DNA from: Desulfobulbaceae bacterium
Lineage (GTDB): Bacteria; Desulfobacterota; Desulfobulbia; Desulfobulbales; Desulfobulbaceae
Length of the DNA stretch: 64,000 nt
Assembly (NCBI GenBank): GCA_013201405.1
Contig: JABMJC010000001.1
Location: 13,878-77,877 of the forward strand
Reading direction: 5' to 3'
Shown: positions 40,287-49,320 of the stretch, in pieces
Numbering within the stretch: position 1 is the stretch's first letter
How the letters are laid out: each line of letters begins with the position of its first letter
The notes under the pieces: model-generated
Databases searched by the model: none
Told to the model about the DNA's origin: nothing
What the model saw: only the letters and a program-made list of their open reading frames with translations
Made by a program: the position numbers and the translations under genes

Positions 40287-41363
40287 TCAGAGCACGCTCC
40301 AGGGTCTTGGCATGAACAGCTGCGTATACAGGGTGATGGCGTAGCGGTCGGTCATGCCGGCGATGAAGTCGCACACCTGGCGGTGACGTTCGCGCTCTTT
40401 GCTGGCGTTTGCAGGTGCCGGCAATTCGGCGCAGCCTGCATGCAAATTGCTGCCGGGCAGTTCGTGCTCCAGAAAAAAGGCATACAGTTCCCGAATGATG
40501 CGTTGTGCCTTGACGAACTCGTTGTGTACCCGATAGTTGCGGTAGACGTTGTCGTAGAGAAAGGTACGCAGTTCGGTGATGGTTTCGTTCATGCCATCGC
40601 TTAGGTGCAGCTTGCCGTCATCTCTGGCCAAGGTGGTGCTCACCAGATCGCGCACCATGGCGTTGATGCGCTGGGAGGAACGTTCGCCCAAAACGCGCCT
40701 GAGATGCGCGGGCAGATCCTGCGGAGAGATCATGCCTGCGCGGATGGCATCGTCCATGTCGTGGTTGACATAGGCCATAATGTCTGCCACCCGTACCAGT
40801 TGCCCTTCTAGGGTGGCTGCCAGTTTGGGTGAGTTCTCCGGCAAGATTTCGCCCCGTCCCTTGGAGTGTTTGACAATGCCGTTGCGTACCTCCCAAGTCA
40901 AATTCAGGCCTTTGCCGTCGTTTTCCAAAAAATCGACAATACGCAAACTCTGCACATAGTGTTTAAACCCCTTGGGATGCAACAGATTCAGACTGTATTC
41001 CCCGGCATGGCCAAAGGGGGTGTGCCCCAGATCATGGGCCAGGGCAATGGCTTCGGTCAGGTACTCGTTCAGGCGCAGGCAAACCGCCATGGTGCGGGCA
41101 ATCTGTGATACCTCCAGTACATGGGTAAGACGGGTACGGTAGTGGTCGCCCGCCGGGGCCAGAAATACCTGGGTTTTGTGCTTGAGCCGCCGGAAGGTTT
41201 TGCTGTGGATAATGCGATCGCGGTCGCGTTGGAAATCGGTACGGAGTACACACTTGTCTTCTTCGGCCCGTAGCCGCCCACGGGAGCGACTGCTTATACA
41301 GGCATGGGGAGACAGGGTCAGCTCTTCCCGTTCCTCCTGCATGGCGCGCACCGTCCTGGCCAT
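40287..41363 (-). CDS. dgt: Deoxyguanosinetriphosphate triphosphohydrolase (HD family)
   Basis: RTDFQRDRDRI, RRLKHKTQVF, RTRLTH, AHDLGHTPFGHAGE, DFIAGMTD. Confidence 0.92.
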   Translation of the reverse strand: MARTVRAMQEEREELTLSPHACISSRSRGRLRAEEDKCVLRTDFQRDRDRIIHSKTFRRLKHKTQVFLAPAGDHYRTRLTHVLEVSQIARTMAVCLRLNEYLTEAIALAHDLGHTPFGHAGEYSLNLLHPKGFKHYVQSLRIVDFLENDGKGLNLTWEVRNGIVKHSKGRGEILPENSPKLAATLEGQLVRVADIMAYVNHDMDDAIRAGMISPQDLPAHLRRVLGERSSQRINAMVRDLVSTTLARDDGKLHLSDGMNETITELRTFLYDNVYRNYRVHNEFVKAQRIIRELYAFFLEHELPGSNLHAGCAELPAPANASKERERHRQVCDFIAGMTDRYAITLYTQLFMPRPWSVL

Positions 41364-41383
41364 GGTGGTTTTTCCTCCTGCTG

Positions 41384-42494
41384 TTATTTCTGCCAGAGTA
41401 AATAGGCGCGGATAAAGTCGTCCAGCCGGCCGTCGAGCACTGCCTCGACATTGCCTTCTTCCACGCCGGTGCGGTGATCCTTGATCAGCCGGTAGGGCTG
41501 GAGCACATAGGAGCGGATTTGACTGCCCCAGGCAATGTCCTTTTTGTCGCCCTGCAGATTTTCCTGGGCACGCAGTCGATCTTCGCGCTCCTGTTCATAG
41601 AGACGGGCCATGAGCATCTTCATGGCCATATCCTTGTTGCTGTGCTGGGAGCGCTCGTTCTGGCACTGCACCACAATACCGGTGGGAAAATGGGTGATGC
41701 GAATGGCCGAGTCGGTCTTGTTGACGTGCTGGCCGCCAGCACCACTGGCGCGGTAGGTGTCGATGCGGATGTCCTTGTCGTTGATCTCGATGTTGACGCT
41801 GTCGTCCAGCTCCGGCATGACCATCACCGAGGCGAATGAGGTGTGTCGCCGGCCACTGGAGTCAAAGGGTGAGATACGCACCAACCGGTGGATACCCAGC
41901 TCCGAGCGCAACAGACCATAGGCGTTCTTGCCCTTGACGAGCATGACCACGTTTTTGGTGCCAGCCTCTTCTCCGGGCAGCAGGTCGAGGATGTCGGTTT
42001 TAAAACCCCGGGCCTCGGCCCAGCGTAAATACATGCGCATGAGGATGCCCACCCAGTCCTGCGCCTCAGTGCCGCCTGCACCCGCGTGGATGGTGAGAAT
42101 GGCGTTGTTGGCATCGTGCTCGCCGGTAAACATGCATTCCAGTTCAACCGTGTCGATGCGTTCACGCAGGCCAGCGAGACTTCCCACTATATCCTGGTAG
42201 CTGTCATCGTCCCGTTCCTCAATGGCCATGTCCAGGAGCAGTTCAGTGTCTTCCAGGTCGATATAATTTTTTTCCCAGATACCGAGCAGATCCTGCAGTT
42301 GGCCCAGCTGGCGTTGCACCTGTTTGGCCTTGTCCTGATCGTCCCAGAAACCTGGGCTCAAGGTTTGCCGTTCCAGCAGTTCTATTTGTTCCCGCTTGTT
42401 ATCCAAGTCAAAGATGCTCCTTCAGGGCCAGCATGCGGCCCTTGAGATTGCTCAGGAGTTGCTTGGATTCTGCGGATTCTGTGATGTCTGCCAT
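41384..42494 (-). CDS. prfB: Peptide chain release factor 2 (programmed +1 frameshift after codon 28)
   Basis: SPF tripeptide (RISPFD), GGQ motif; ATG 42494 reads 28 codons to CTT TGA C and continues in +1 frame (DLDNKREQ). Confidence 0.96.
42407..42422 (-). promoter_or_regulatory. prfB +1 frameshift cassette (internal SD plus CTT TGA C)
   Basis: Minus strand reads AAGGAG CAT CTT TGA C, matching the canonical RF2 autoregulatory site. Confidence 0.93.
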
Positions 42495-42566
42495 GGTTCA
42501 CCTCGTAATTATACCCAATTATGACAAAAAAGCAGTCTTCCATAATAAACAGAAACAGAAAACAAC

Positions 42567-44297
42567 TCAAGGCCTGCCTATTTTTTTCGCGGGAACCTTG
42601 CCTAAAGGAGGTGTTTTCCCGTTTTTGGCCAGTTGGCGCAGAAGCCGCGGGAGGACAAGGGGCAGGATGAGCAGGGCGCAAAACAGGCCGAAACGGTGGC
42701 CAATGCGGGTGAAGACCGTGCGCGACTGCATCAGGGGAATGCTGGCCACAGCCGCGGCCTCGGTAAAAATAACACTTTCCTCGCTGGTGCGGCCGAGTGG
42801 GTCGATAAAACCGCTGATGCCGGTGTTGGCCGAGCGCACCAAAGCCCTGCGATTTTCCACTGCTCGCAGTACTGTCATGGCCAGGGACTGCATTGGCGCC
42901 TTGGAGCGACCATACCAGGCGTCATTGGTAATGTTGACCAGCACGTTGGCGCCAAGGGCTGTGGTGTCGCGGGCTATGGCCGGAAAGATAGACTCGTAGC
43001 AGATGAGAACCCCCAGGTGCAGGTTGCCGCTGGTTAGCGGCCCCTTGGCCTGGCCTGGAGTAAAGTCGTCGATGCTGACGGCAAGCGGTTCCAGGAAAAA
43101 GAGTACATGCCTGAGCGGTACGTATTCACCAAAGGGTACCAGGTGCTGTTTGTTGTAGACTCCATCCACCTTGCCGTCTGTACCAAAGAGCAGAGCACCG
43201 TTGTAGTGGTGCACGGTCCTGCCGGCCTGATTTTCCTCGATGCGGTACAGCGGTGCGCCGGTGAGAAGCCGTGTGCCTGAAGCGGCAAAGGCAGCCACCC
43301 GGCTGGCAAGGGGATCGTCCTGCGGATAAAAGGGCAGGGCGGTTTCCGGCCAGACAAGCAAAGCCAGTTCCGCTGTTTCTTTGGTCAGGCTGCGGGAAAG
43401 GCGAAGATAGCGCTCTACAGTGGCGCTTTTCATGTCTTCTGTCCATTTGGCATCCTGCTCGATATTGCCTTGGACCAAGCCTGCTTTCGTCTGCGTTGCT
43501 GCAGCCATTTCACTGTTGGTTTCCGCTGAGCGCAACAAGGAGTAAATCCCCAAGGCAAGCAGCAGGCAGCCTGCTGCGACCAAAGATGGCAGCGCTGCCC
43601 GCAGCAGGAGTGGCTGGCGGCGCCAGGCCACGACAACGAGCAAGGCAAAGACCGCATTAATCAGCACCAGAACAAAGGTGAGCAGATGGTGCCCACCAAG
43701 GTCTGCCGGCAGCAGGAGCTGCGGTTGCCGGAAAAGGCCGTAGCCCAGATCCATCCAGGGAAAACCGGTAAAGAGCACACCGCGCAAGGCATCCAGCCCT
43801 GTCCAGAGCAGGGGAGGGGCCCAAAGACGGATAAAGGTACTGGTGCTGGGGTGGGGATAGCTGGTCGCACCATTGAGCAGCCAGGAGAAGAGCAGGCAAA
43901 AGAGCGCACTGTACAGCGCCATGTACGCGGCCAGCAAAAAAAGCGCCGGTATACTCAGCCAGAGCGGCAGGCCGCCGTAGCGACCAAGGACAATGAGAAT
44001 CCACAAGAGCTGGCTGCCATGGACGACGAGACCAAAGAAAAAACCAGCGCCAGCAGCCTGGGCCGGGCGCAACTGTGGTACAAGCAGGAGCAGAGGGACA
44101 AGGCAGAAAAACAGCAGCGGCCACCAGCTGTTTAGACTGGCCAAACCAGAGGCATCTGGGGCACTTAAGCCGGGCATGGCCAGGTTGTAGAGCAGGGCTG
44201 CGCACAGTGCCGCCACCACGGCCGTACCTGCCCGCTGCCAGGGCGGTGTCTTTGGATTTTTTTGGAGCTCTCCAGCGCTGCTTGACCCTGTTGGCAT
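42567..44297 (-). CDS. lnt: Apolipoprotein N-acyltransferase
   Basis: GFPW, VQGNI, WPETA (Glu), KQHLVPFGEY (Lys), ICYE (Cys), TNDAWYG, RSANTGIS. Confidence 0.95.
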   Translation of the reverse strand: MPTGSSSAGELQKNPKTPPWQRAGTAVVAALCAALLYNLAMPGLSAPDASGLASLNSWWPLLFFCLVPLLLLVPQLRPAQAAGAGFFFGLVVHGSQLLWILIVLGRYGGLPLWLSIPALFLLAAYMALYSALFCLLFSWLLNGATSYPHPSTSTFIRLWAPPLLWTGLDALRGVLFTGFPWMDLGYGLFRQPQLLLPADLGGHHLLTFVLVLINAVFALLVVVAWRRQPLLLRAALPSLVAAGCLLLALGIYSLLRSAETNSEMAAATQTKAGLVQGNIEQDAKWTEDMKSATVERYLRLSRSLTKETAELALLVWPETALPFYPQDDPLASRVAAFAASGTRLLTGAPLYRIEENQAGRTVHHYNGALLFGTDGKVDGVYNKQHLVPFGEYVPLRHVLFFLEPLAVSIDDFTPGQAKGPLTSGNLHLGVLICYESIFPAIARDTTALGANVLVNITNDAWYGRSKAPMQSLAMTVLRAVENRRALVRSANTGISGFIDPLGRTSEESVIFTEAAAVASIPLMQSRTVFTRIGHRFGLFCALLILPLVLPRLLRQLAKNGKTPPLGKVPAKKIGRP

Positions 44298-44299
44298 CT

Positions 44300-45184
44300 T
44301 TATTCCTTGGTGATGCGCACTGTTTTTACCCGGCGTGCATCGGCACTTAAAACCCTGAAGGTGAGCAGCCCTTCCTGCAAGACCGCTCCTGTTTCCGGTA
44401 CCTTGCCCAGCCGGAGGATAATGAAGCCACCAATGGATTCATATGGTCCTTCAGGCAGGTCAATGCCAAAATGCTGTTCCACGTATTCAACGTCCACCTT
44501 GGCATCGACAATGGCGGTGTGTTCGTCTACCACTTTGACGCCACTTTCTTCGGTATCGTATTCGTCGTCAATGTCACCGACGATTTCTTCGATGATGTCC
44601 TCCAGGGTGATCAGGCCGCGCACACCGCCAAATTCGTCGGTCACCATGGCCATGTGCGTCTTGTTGGTTTGAAATTCCCGCAGCAATTCCGTGATGGGTT
44701 TGGATTCTGCAATGTGGGGCAAGGGCTTGATGATTTCCTCAATATCCTGCGGTTGATCGTTGCCGGAACTGCAGATACGCAGCAGGTCCTTGGCGTGCAA
44801 TACCCCAAGCACATGGTCCAGGGTGTCTTTGTAGATGGGAATGCGGGTATAGCCCTCTTCGTTGATCAGGCGAATGATTTCGGCTATGGGCGTGTTTCGT
44901 TCAGCGGCAACGATTTCCGCCGTGGGTGTCATAATTTCGGAGGTCAGGGTTGCACGGAAGTTGAAAATGGAGGTAATGAGTTGTTCTTCGTGCACGCTAA
45001 TCAGGCCCTGCTCCTCTCCTTCCTCCAGCAGTTCCTGTATTTCCTGTTCCAGCTCTTCTGTGGTGTCGGGCCCGCCACGCAGGCCAAATATGGTGCGTAC
45101 CTTATCCATCAGGGATTTACCGGCAACATCGTCCTCAGGCGCGGGCGTCTGCGCTGATGGCGGTTCTTCCTTGTCCATGAGCAA
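44300..45184 (-). CDS. corC: CorC/HlyC-type CBS-pair plus transporter-associated domain protein
   Basis: YTRIPIY, GVLHAKDLL, VTDEFGGVRGLITLEDIIEEIVGDI; upstream of lnt. Confidence 0.85.
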   Translation of the reverse strand: MLMDKEEPPSAQTPAPEDDVAGKSLMDKVRTIFGLRGGPDTTEELEQEIQELLEEGEEQGLISVHEEQLITSIFNFRATLTSEIMTPTAEIVAAERNTPIAEIIRLINEEGYTRIPIYKDTLDHVLGVLHAKDLLRICSSGNDQPQDIEEIIKPLPHIAESKPITELLREFQTNKTHMAMVTDEFGGVRGLITLEDIIEEIVGDIDDEYDTEESGVKVVDEHTAIVDAKVDVEYVEQHFGIDLPEGPYESIGGFIILRLGKVPETGAVLQEGLLTFRVLSADARRVKTVRITKE

Positions 45185-45561
45185 GAATTCCTCCTTGGTT
45201 CATCTCTGTTTGCAAGCCGTTACATACCATGCAGCAGTACCTGTGCAATGGTTCAAACGGCTTAGCCCACTATCAAATCAAATAGTATAAGTTTTCAAGG
45301 TAAAGAAGAAAGGGGAATTACTGCCGAGGGTGTAAATTATGCATACCACGGGCACTATGGTGGTTTGCCCGGGAAAAATCAAGAAAGAAGAGCAGAAAGA
45401 ACCGTGAGCCGCTGACTTGGCCTAGATGATCACCACAAGGCGTCTTCCCAGTAGTGGCAGGGATTCACCCTTGCGCGGGACAGCGTCTATCTGGTACTTG
45501 TTGTGCGGGTTATACTGCTGCACCCTGGTGCATCATTTTGCATACATCCCCGAGGAGAGCC

Positions 45562-47457
45562 ATGCCATTTCCAATCGATCTCACCGATTTCAGCCCCCTT
45601 CGTTTCACCGCTCAAGAAGACACACTGGGCGCTGAGCGCCACCAAATCTTACAGCGCAACATCAAGCTGGTGCGGGACAGTATTGTTTTTTTCACTGCCC
45701 TGGCCAACACCAAGGGACTTGGTGGGCACACCGGCGGTGCCTATAGCATTATCCCCGAGGTGCTGATTGCCGATGCCTTTATAAAGGGCATGGACAACTG
45801 CTATCCGGTGTTGTTCGATGAAGCCGGTCATCGCGTGGCCATGCAATACATCATGGCAGTGTTGAACGGCCATGCGCCGGTGGAGTCGCTTTTGCACTAC
45901 CGTGAATACGGGCACGGCCTCTATGGTCATCCTGAGCGCCATGAACAGTCGGGTATTTTTTTTAGCTCTGGCCGCTTGGGACATTTGTGGAGCTATGTGA
46001 ATGGCGTGGCCGAGGCAAACCCTGATAAGATTCTGTTCCTCTTTGGCAGCGACGGCTCCCAGCAGGAGGGCGATGACGCCGAAGCTGCCCGCTATGCCGT
46101 AGCTCGTGGGCTCAATGTGAAGTTGTTGATCGACGACAACAATGTGACCATAGCCGGGCATCCCTGCGATTATATGCCCGGCTATGCGCTGGAGCGTACC
46201 CTTGCCGGCCATGGTCTTGTTACCCTTATCTGTGACGGTGAGGAGTTCAACAGCCTCTATGCCCACATCCACCAGGCCATCACCACCCCGGGCCCGGTGG
46301 CGCTGGTAATCAAGCGGCCCATGGCCCCGGGTGTACCGGGTATTGAAGGTTCGACCAAGGGACATGATGTCATTGCCGTGGATTTGGCGGTGGATTATCT
46401 GAAGAGCCAGGGGCATGGGAAGGCGGTTGAACTTTTGCAACACAAACCAGCCAAAACCGAACAAAAGACGTACCTGGGCAGCAGTAGCGAGAACACCAAA
46501 AATCGGGATGAATTTGGCAAGATCGTGGTGGATCTGCTGAACAAACAGGAGAATCCGGCGAGCCGGGTGCTGGTGGTCGACTCGGATCTGGAGGGTTCCT
46601 GTGGCCTGCACCATATACGCAAGGCCTTTCCCCAGTTGTACGTGCATGGTGGCATCATGGAGCGCAACAACTTCTCCGTGGCCGCCGGCTTTGGGAGCGA
46701 GCCCGGTCGGCAAGGTATTTTCGGCACCTTTTCTGCCTTCCAGGAGATGGTCATCTCTGAAATTACCATGGCCCGGCTCAATCAGGCCAATGTGCTCGCC
46801 CATTTCTCCCATTCAGGTGTGGATGAAATGGCCGACAACACCTGTCATTTTGGGATCAACAACTTCTTTGCCGACAATGGTCTGGCCGAGGGTGACCATA
46901 CCCGCCTGTACTTCCCGGCCGATGCCCTGCAGTTGCGGGCAATCATGGAATCTGTTTTTTGGAATCCGGGCCTGCGCTTTATCTATTCCACCCGTTCGGC
47001 CACGCCCTTCATCCTCAACGAACAGGGCGAGCACTTCTTTGGGGAAGGATATTCTTTCCAGCCCGATGAGGACGAAATCATCCGTGAGGGGCAAGATGGC
47101 TATATTGTGTCCTATGGCGAAATGTTGTATCGAGCCCTGCATGCAGTGGAGCAACTGCGGGAAAAGGGGCTTGCCATTGGACTTGTCAATAAACCGGTGC
47201 TCAACGTGACCGACGAGAGCATGCTCGCCCGCCTGGGTGCAAGCCCCATGGTGCTGGTGGTGGAATCGCAGAATCTGAAGACAGGGTTGGGGGTTCGCCT
47301 TGGTTCCTGGCTGCTTGAGCGCGGTTATTCTCCAAAATACGGGTGCATGGGATCATGGAAAGAGGGTGCGGGCGGTTTGAGTGAACAGATACCGCATCAA
47401 GGACTGGATCCAGACAGCATCTGCGAACGGGTGCGGGCGATGCAAGGTCGTTCATAA
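45562..47457 (+). CDS. Divergent single-chain transketolase-family ThDP enzyme
   Basis: GGHTGG, GHPE, SSGRLGH, SDGSQQEG...DDNN ThDP motif, GIMER, C-terminal domain; GAGGAG RBS before ATG 45562. Confidence 0.8.
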   Translation: MPFPIDLTDFSPLRFTAQEDTLGAERHQILQRNIKLVRDSIVFFTALANTKGLGGHTGGAYSIIPEVLIADAFIKGMDNCYPVLFDEAGHRVAMQYIMAVLNGHAPVESLLHYREYGHGLYGHPERHEQSGIFFSSGRLGHLWSYVNGVAEANPDKILFLFGSDGSQQEGDDAEAARYAVARGLNVKLLIDDNNVTIAGHPCDYMPGYALERTLAGHGLVTLICDGEEFNSLYAHIHQAITTPGPVALVIKRPMAPGVPGIEGSTKGHDVIAVDLAVDYLKSQGHGKAVELLQHKPAKTEQKTYLGSSSENTKNRDEFGKIVVDLLNKQENPASRVLVVDSDLEGSCGLHHIRKAFPQLYVHGGIMERNNFSVAAGFGSEPGRQGIFGTFSAFQEMVISEITMARLNQANVLAHFSHSGVDEMADNTCHFGINNFFADNGLAEGDHTRLYFPADALQLRAIMESVFWNPGLRFIYSTRSATPFILNEQGEHFFGEGYSFQPDEDEIIREGQDGYIVSYGEMLYRALHAVEQLREKGLAIGLVNKPVLNVTDESMLARLGASPMVLVVESQNLKTGLGVRLGSWLLERGYSPKYGCMGSWKEGAGGLSEQIPHQGLDPDSICERVRAMQGRS

Positions 47458-47496
47458 CTAGCTCATAACCGAACCGCGCAAAGGCGTGGATAAACG

Positions 47497-47541
47497 AAAC
47501 CGCCAGCTACGGAAGACTACCGTCCTGGCGGTTTTGTTTTT
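47497..47541 (+). terminator. Intrinsic terminator after the transketolase-like gene
   Basis: AAACCGCCAG/CTGGCGGTTT stem followed by TGTTTTT. Confidence 0.65.
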
Positions 47542-47663
47542 GGGTGTAATGTGCGGCGCACGGCTTTCTGTACAATCAATGGTCGGGTTGATGAGCTTTG
47601 TGCTCTACAAATCTCCTTGTATCAACTCCACTTGGTTTTTCTTTTTGCTTTGAGGAATACCAG

Positions 47664-48272
47664 ATGAAAATAATCATTGTTGGTGCTGCAGGTACTATTG
47701 GTAAGGAAGTGGTGAGCATACTTGCCCGCAATCACGATATAGTGCGCGTCGGTTCCCGCAGCGGTGATGTGCAATGCGATTACACCGATCCTGCAGCCGT
47801 GCAGGCCATGTTCGAACAGGTCGGCCAATTTGATGCCTTGATTTCGGTTGTTGGCAGCGACAGTGTGTTTAAGCCCCTGTATGAGACTGAGGAACAGGAC
47901 TATCGTTATGGCTTTGAGCGTAAGTTCCTTAGCCAGATACGTCTGCTCAGGCTGGGAGAGCAATTTGTTTGCGACAGGGGAGTGTTTGTTTTTACCAGCG
48001 GCTTTCTGAGTCACTATCCGCATCCAATGAGCAGTGCCACAAGCCCGCTAAATGCGGCCATTGACGCTTTTGTCCGCACTGCCGCTCCGTTGCTCAAGCG
48101 CGGTATCCGCCTCAATGTGGTGAGCCCTGCCCCTGTTGTTGAACCTGGGCGGCAGGGCAGAGGTTTGGTCACTGCCGAGGAAGCAGCCCAATTTTACGTA
48201 GAGGCAGTGGAAGGTAATGCCACAGGACAAGTGTTGCGCGCCTGGGGCGGTTTGCCGGTGGTTACATGGTAA
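47664..48272 (+). CDS. Atypical short-chain dehydrogenase/reductase
   Basis: MKIIIVGAAGTIG Rossmann motif, NAAI..FVR, RLNVVSP; GAGGA RBS. Confidence 0.85.
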   Translation: MKIIIVGAAGTIGKEVVSILARNHDIVRVGSRSGDVQCDYTDPAAVQAMFEQVGQFDALISVVGSDSVFKPLYETEEQDYRYGFERKFLSQIRLLRLGEQFVCDRGVFVFTSGFLSHYPHPMSSATSPLNAAIDAFVRTAAPLLKRGIRLNVVSPAPVVEPGRQGRGLVTAEEAAQFYVEAVEGNATGQVLRAWGGLPVVTW

Positions 48273-48474
48273 CAGGCTGCTACCATGCCATGCTGGGCCA
48301 GATGGATGTTGGGGGCGGCATTTTGTTGATCTGTTGTGTGCAATAATCCGGCCATGACTTATTATACTGTCTGAGAGTCACGTAAAAACGGTTGGTTGAT
48401 CCATTTACCCGCGTGTGCGCTATCTAGTTGCTTTCTTGATCTATGAACACGTTCTGATTTGCTCGTGTATGCGC

Positions 48475-48503
48475 TTGCGCACTAATGGTTAAACCATTAT
48501 AAT
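48475..48503 (+). promoter_or_regulatory. Sigma70 promoter with a palindromic FadR-type operator in the spacer
   Basis: TTGCGC-N17-TATAAT; perfect inverted repeat TAATGGTT-A-AACCATTA at 48483-48499. Confidence 0.8.
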
Positions 48504-48538
48504 GCTATACTTCCAGAAACCACAACTCACCAACGCAC

Positions 48539-49261
48539 GTGGGCACACTTTTTCGCAGGGCCAGACAGAACCGCGTCTACGAAGACGTGGTTGAGCAGAT
48601 ACAGGCAGCCATACTCGATGGCAAGATTCCGGTGGGCACACGCCTGCCCGCAGAGCGGGAGCTGTGCGAGCAGTTGCACACCAGCCGGGGTACGGTGCGC
48701 GAGGCCCTGCGTATTTTGGAGCAGAAGGGGCTTATCGAAATACGCCTGGGTGCAAGTGGCGGAGCCTATGTGCAGGGCGCAGGCAGCACCCTGATGGCGG
48801 AAAACCTGAGCATGCTTTTGCGCTCAAACGATATTTCCCTTGAACACCTGGAAGAGTTTCGGGCCGCGATCGAAAGTTCGGCCGCGTATCTGGCGGCGCG
48901 CCGCATCACCCCAGAAGGCATTACCGAACTGCAAGGGCTGCTGGTGCAAGCCAGCAGGCTCCAGGAACAGGGCCTTGCCCAGTGGGATGCCTTTGTGCGG
49001 GCGGATGAAGCCATTCACCAGGCCATTGCCCGCGCCAGCGCCAATCCGCTCTACGACTACGTGCTGGGCAGCATCCACGCCAACATCCACCACTTTTACA
49101 ACATGTTTCTTAAGGCCGGCAGCGAGGTTATGGAAGAGAATTGCCAGGACCTCAAGGCCATCTGCGCCGCTGTCATCAACCAAAAAGCCGAGGAGGCAGC
49201 TGATTTGATGCGCGGCCATGTGCGCCGTTTTGCCTCCTACATGCAGGAGCAAAGACGCTGA
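48539..49261 (+). CDS. GntR/FadR-subfamily transcriptional regulator
   Basis: RLPAERELCEQL..SRGTVREALRILEQKGLI wHTH, FCD C-terminal domain; GTG start. Confidence 0.92.
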   Translation: MGTLFRRARQNRVYEDVVEQIQAAILDGKIPVGTRLPAERELCEQLHTSRGTVREALRILEQKGLIEIRLGASGGAYVQGAGSTLMAENLSMLLRSNDISLEHLEEFRAAIESSAAYLAARRITPEGITELQGLLVQASRLQEQGLAQWDAFVRADEAIHQAIARASANPLYDYVLGSIHANIHHFYNMFLKAGSEVMEENCQDLKAICAAVINQKAEEAADLMRGHVRRFASYMQEQRR

Positions 49262-49320
49262 ACCCCGTGGCCCGGCACCGATACACCCCTTTCAACCCAT
49301 CAACAAATAAAGGGAACACC

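Noticed and set aside
41384-42494. prfB as a frameshifted pseudogene or sequencing error
   Set aside because: The break is the canonical programmed CTT TGA C site with an internal SD
45185-45561. Small RNA or ORF in the corC-transketolase intergenic region
   Set aside because: AT- and purine-rich divergent promoter region with no convincing structure or ORF
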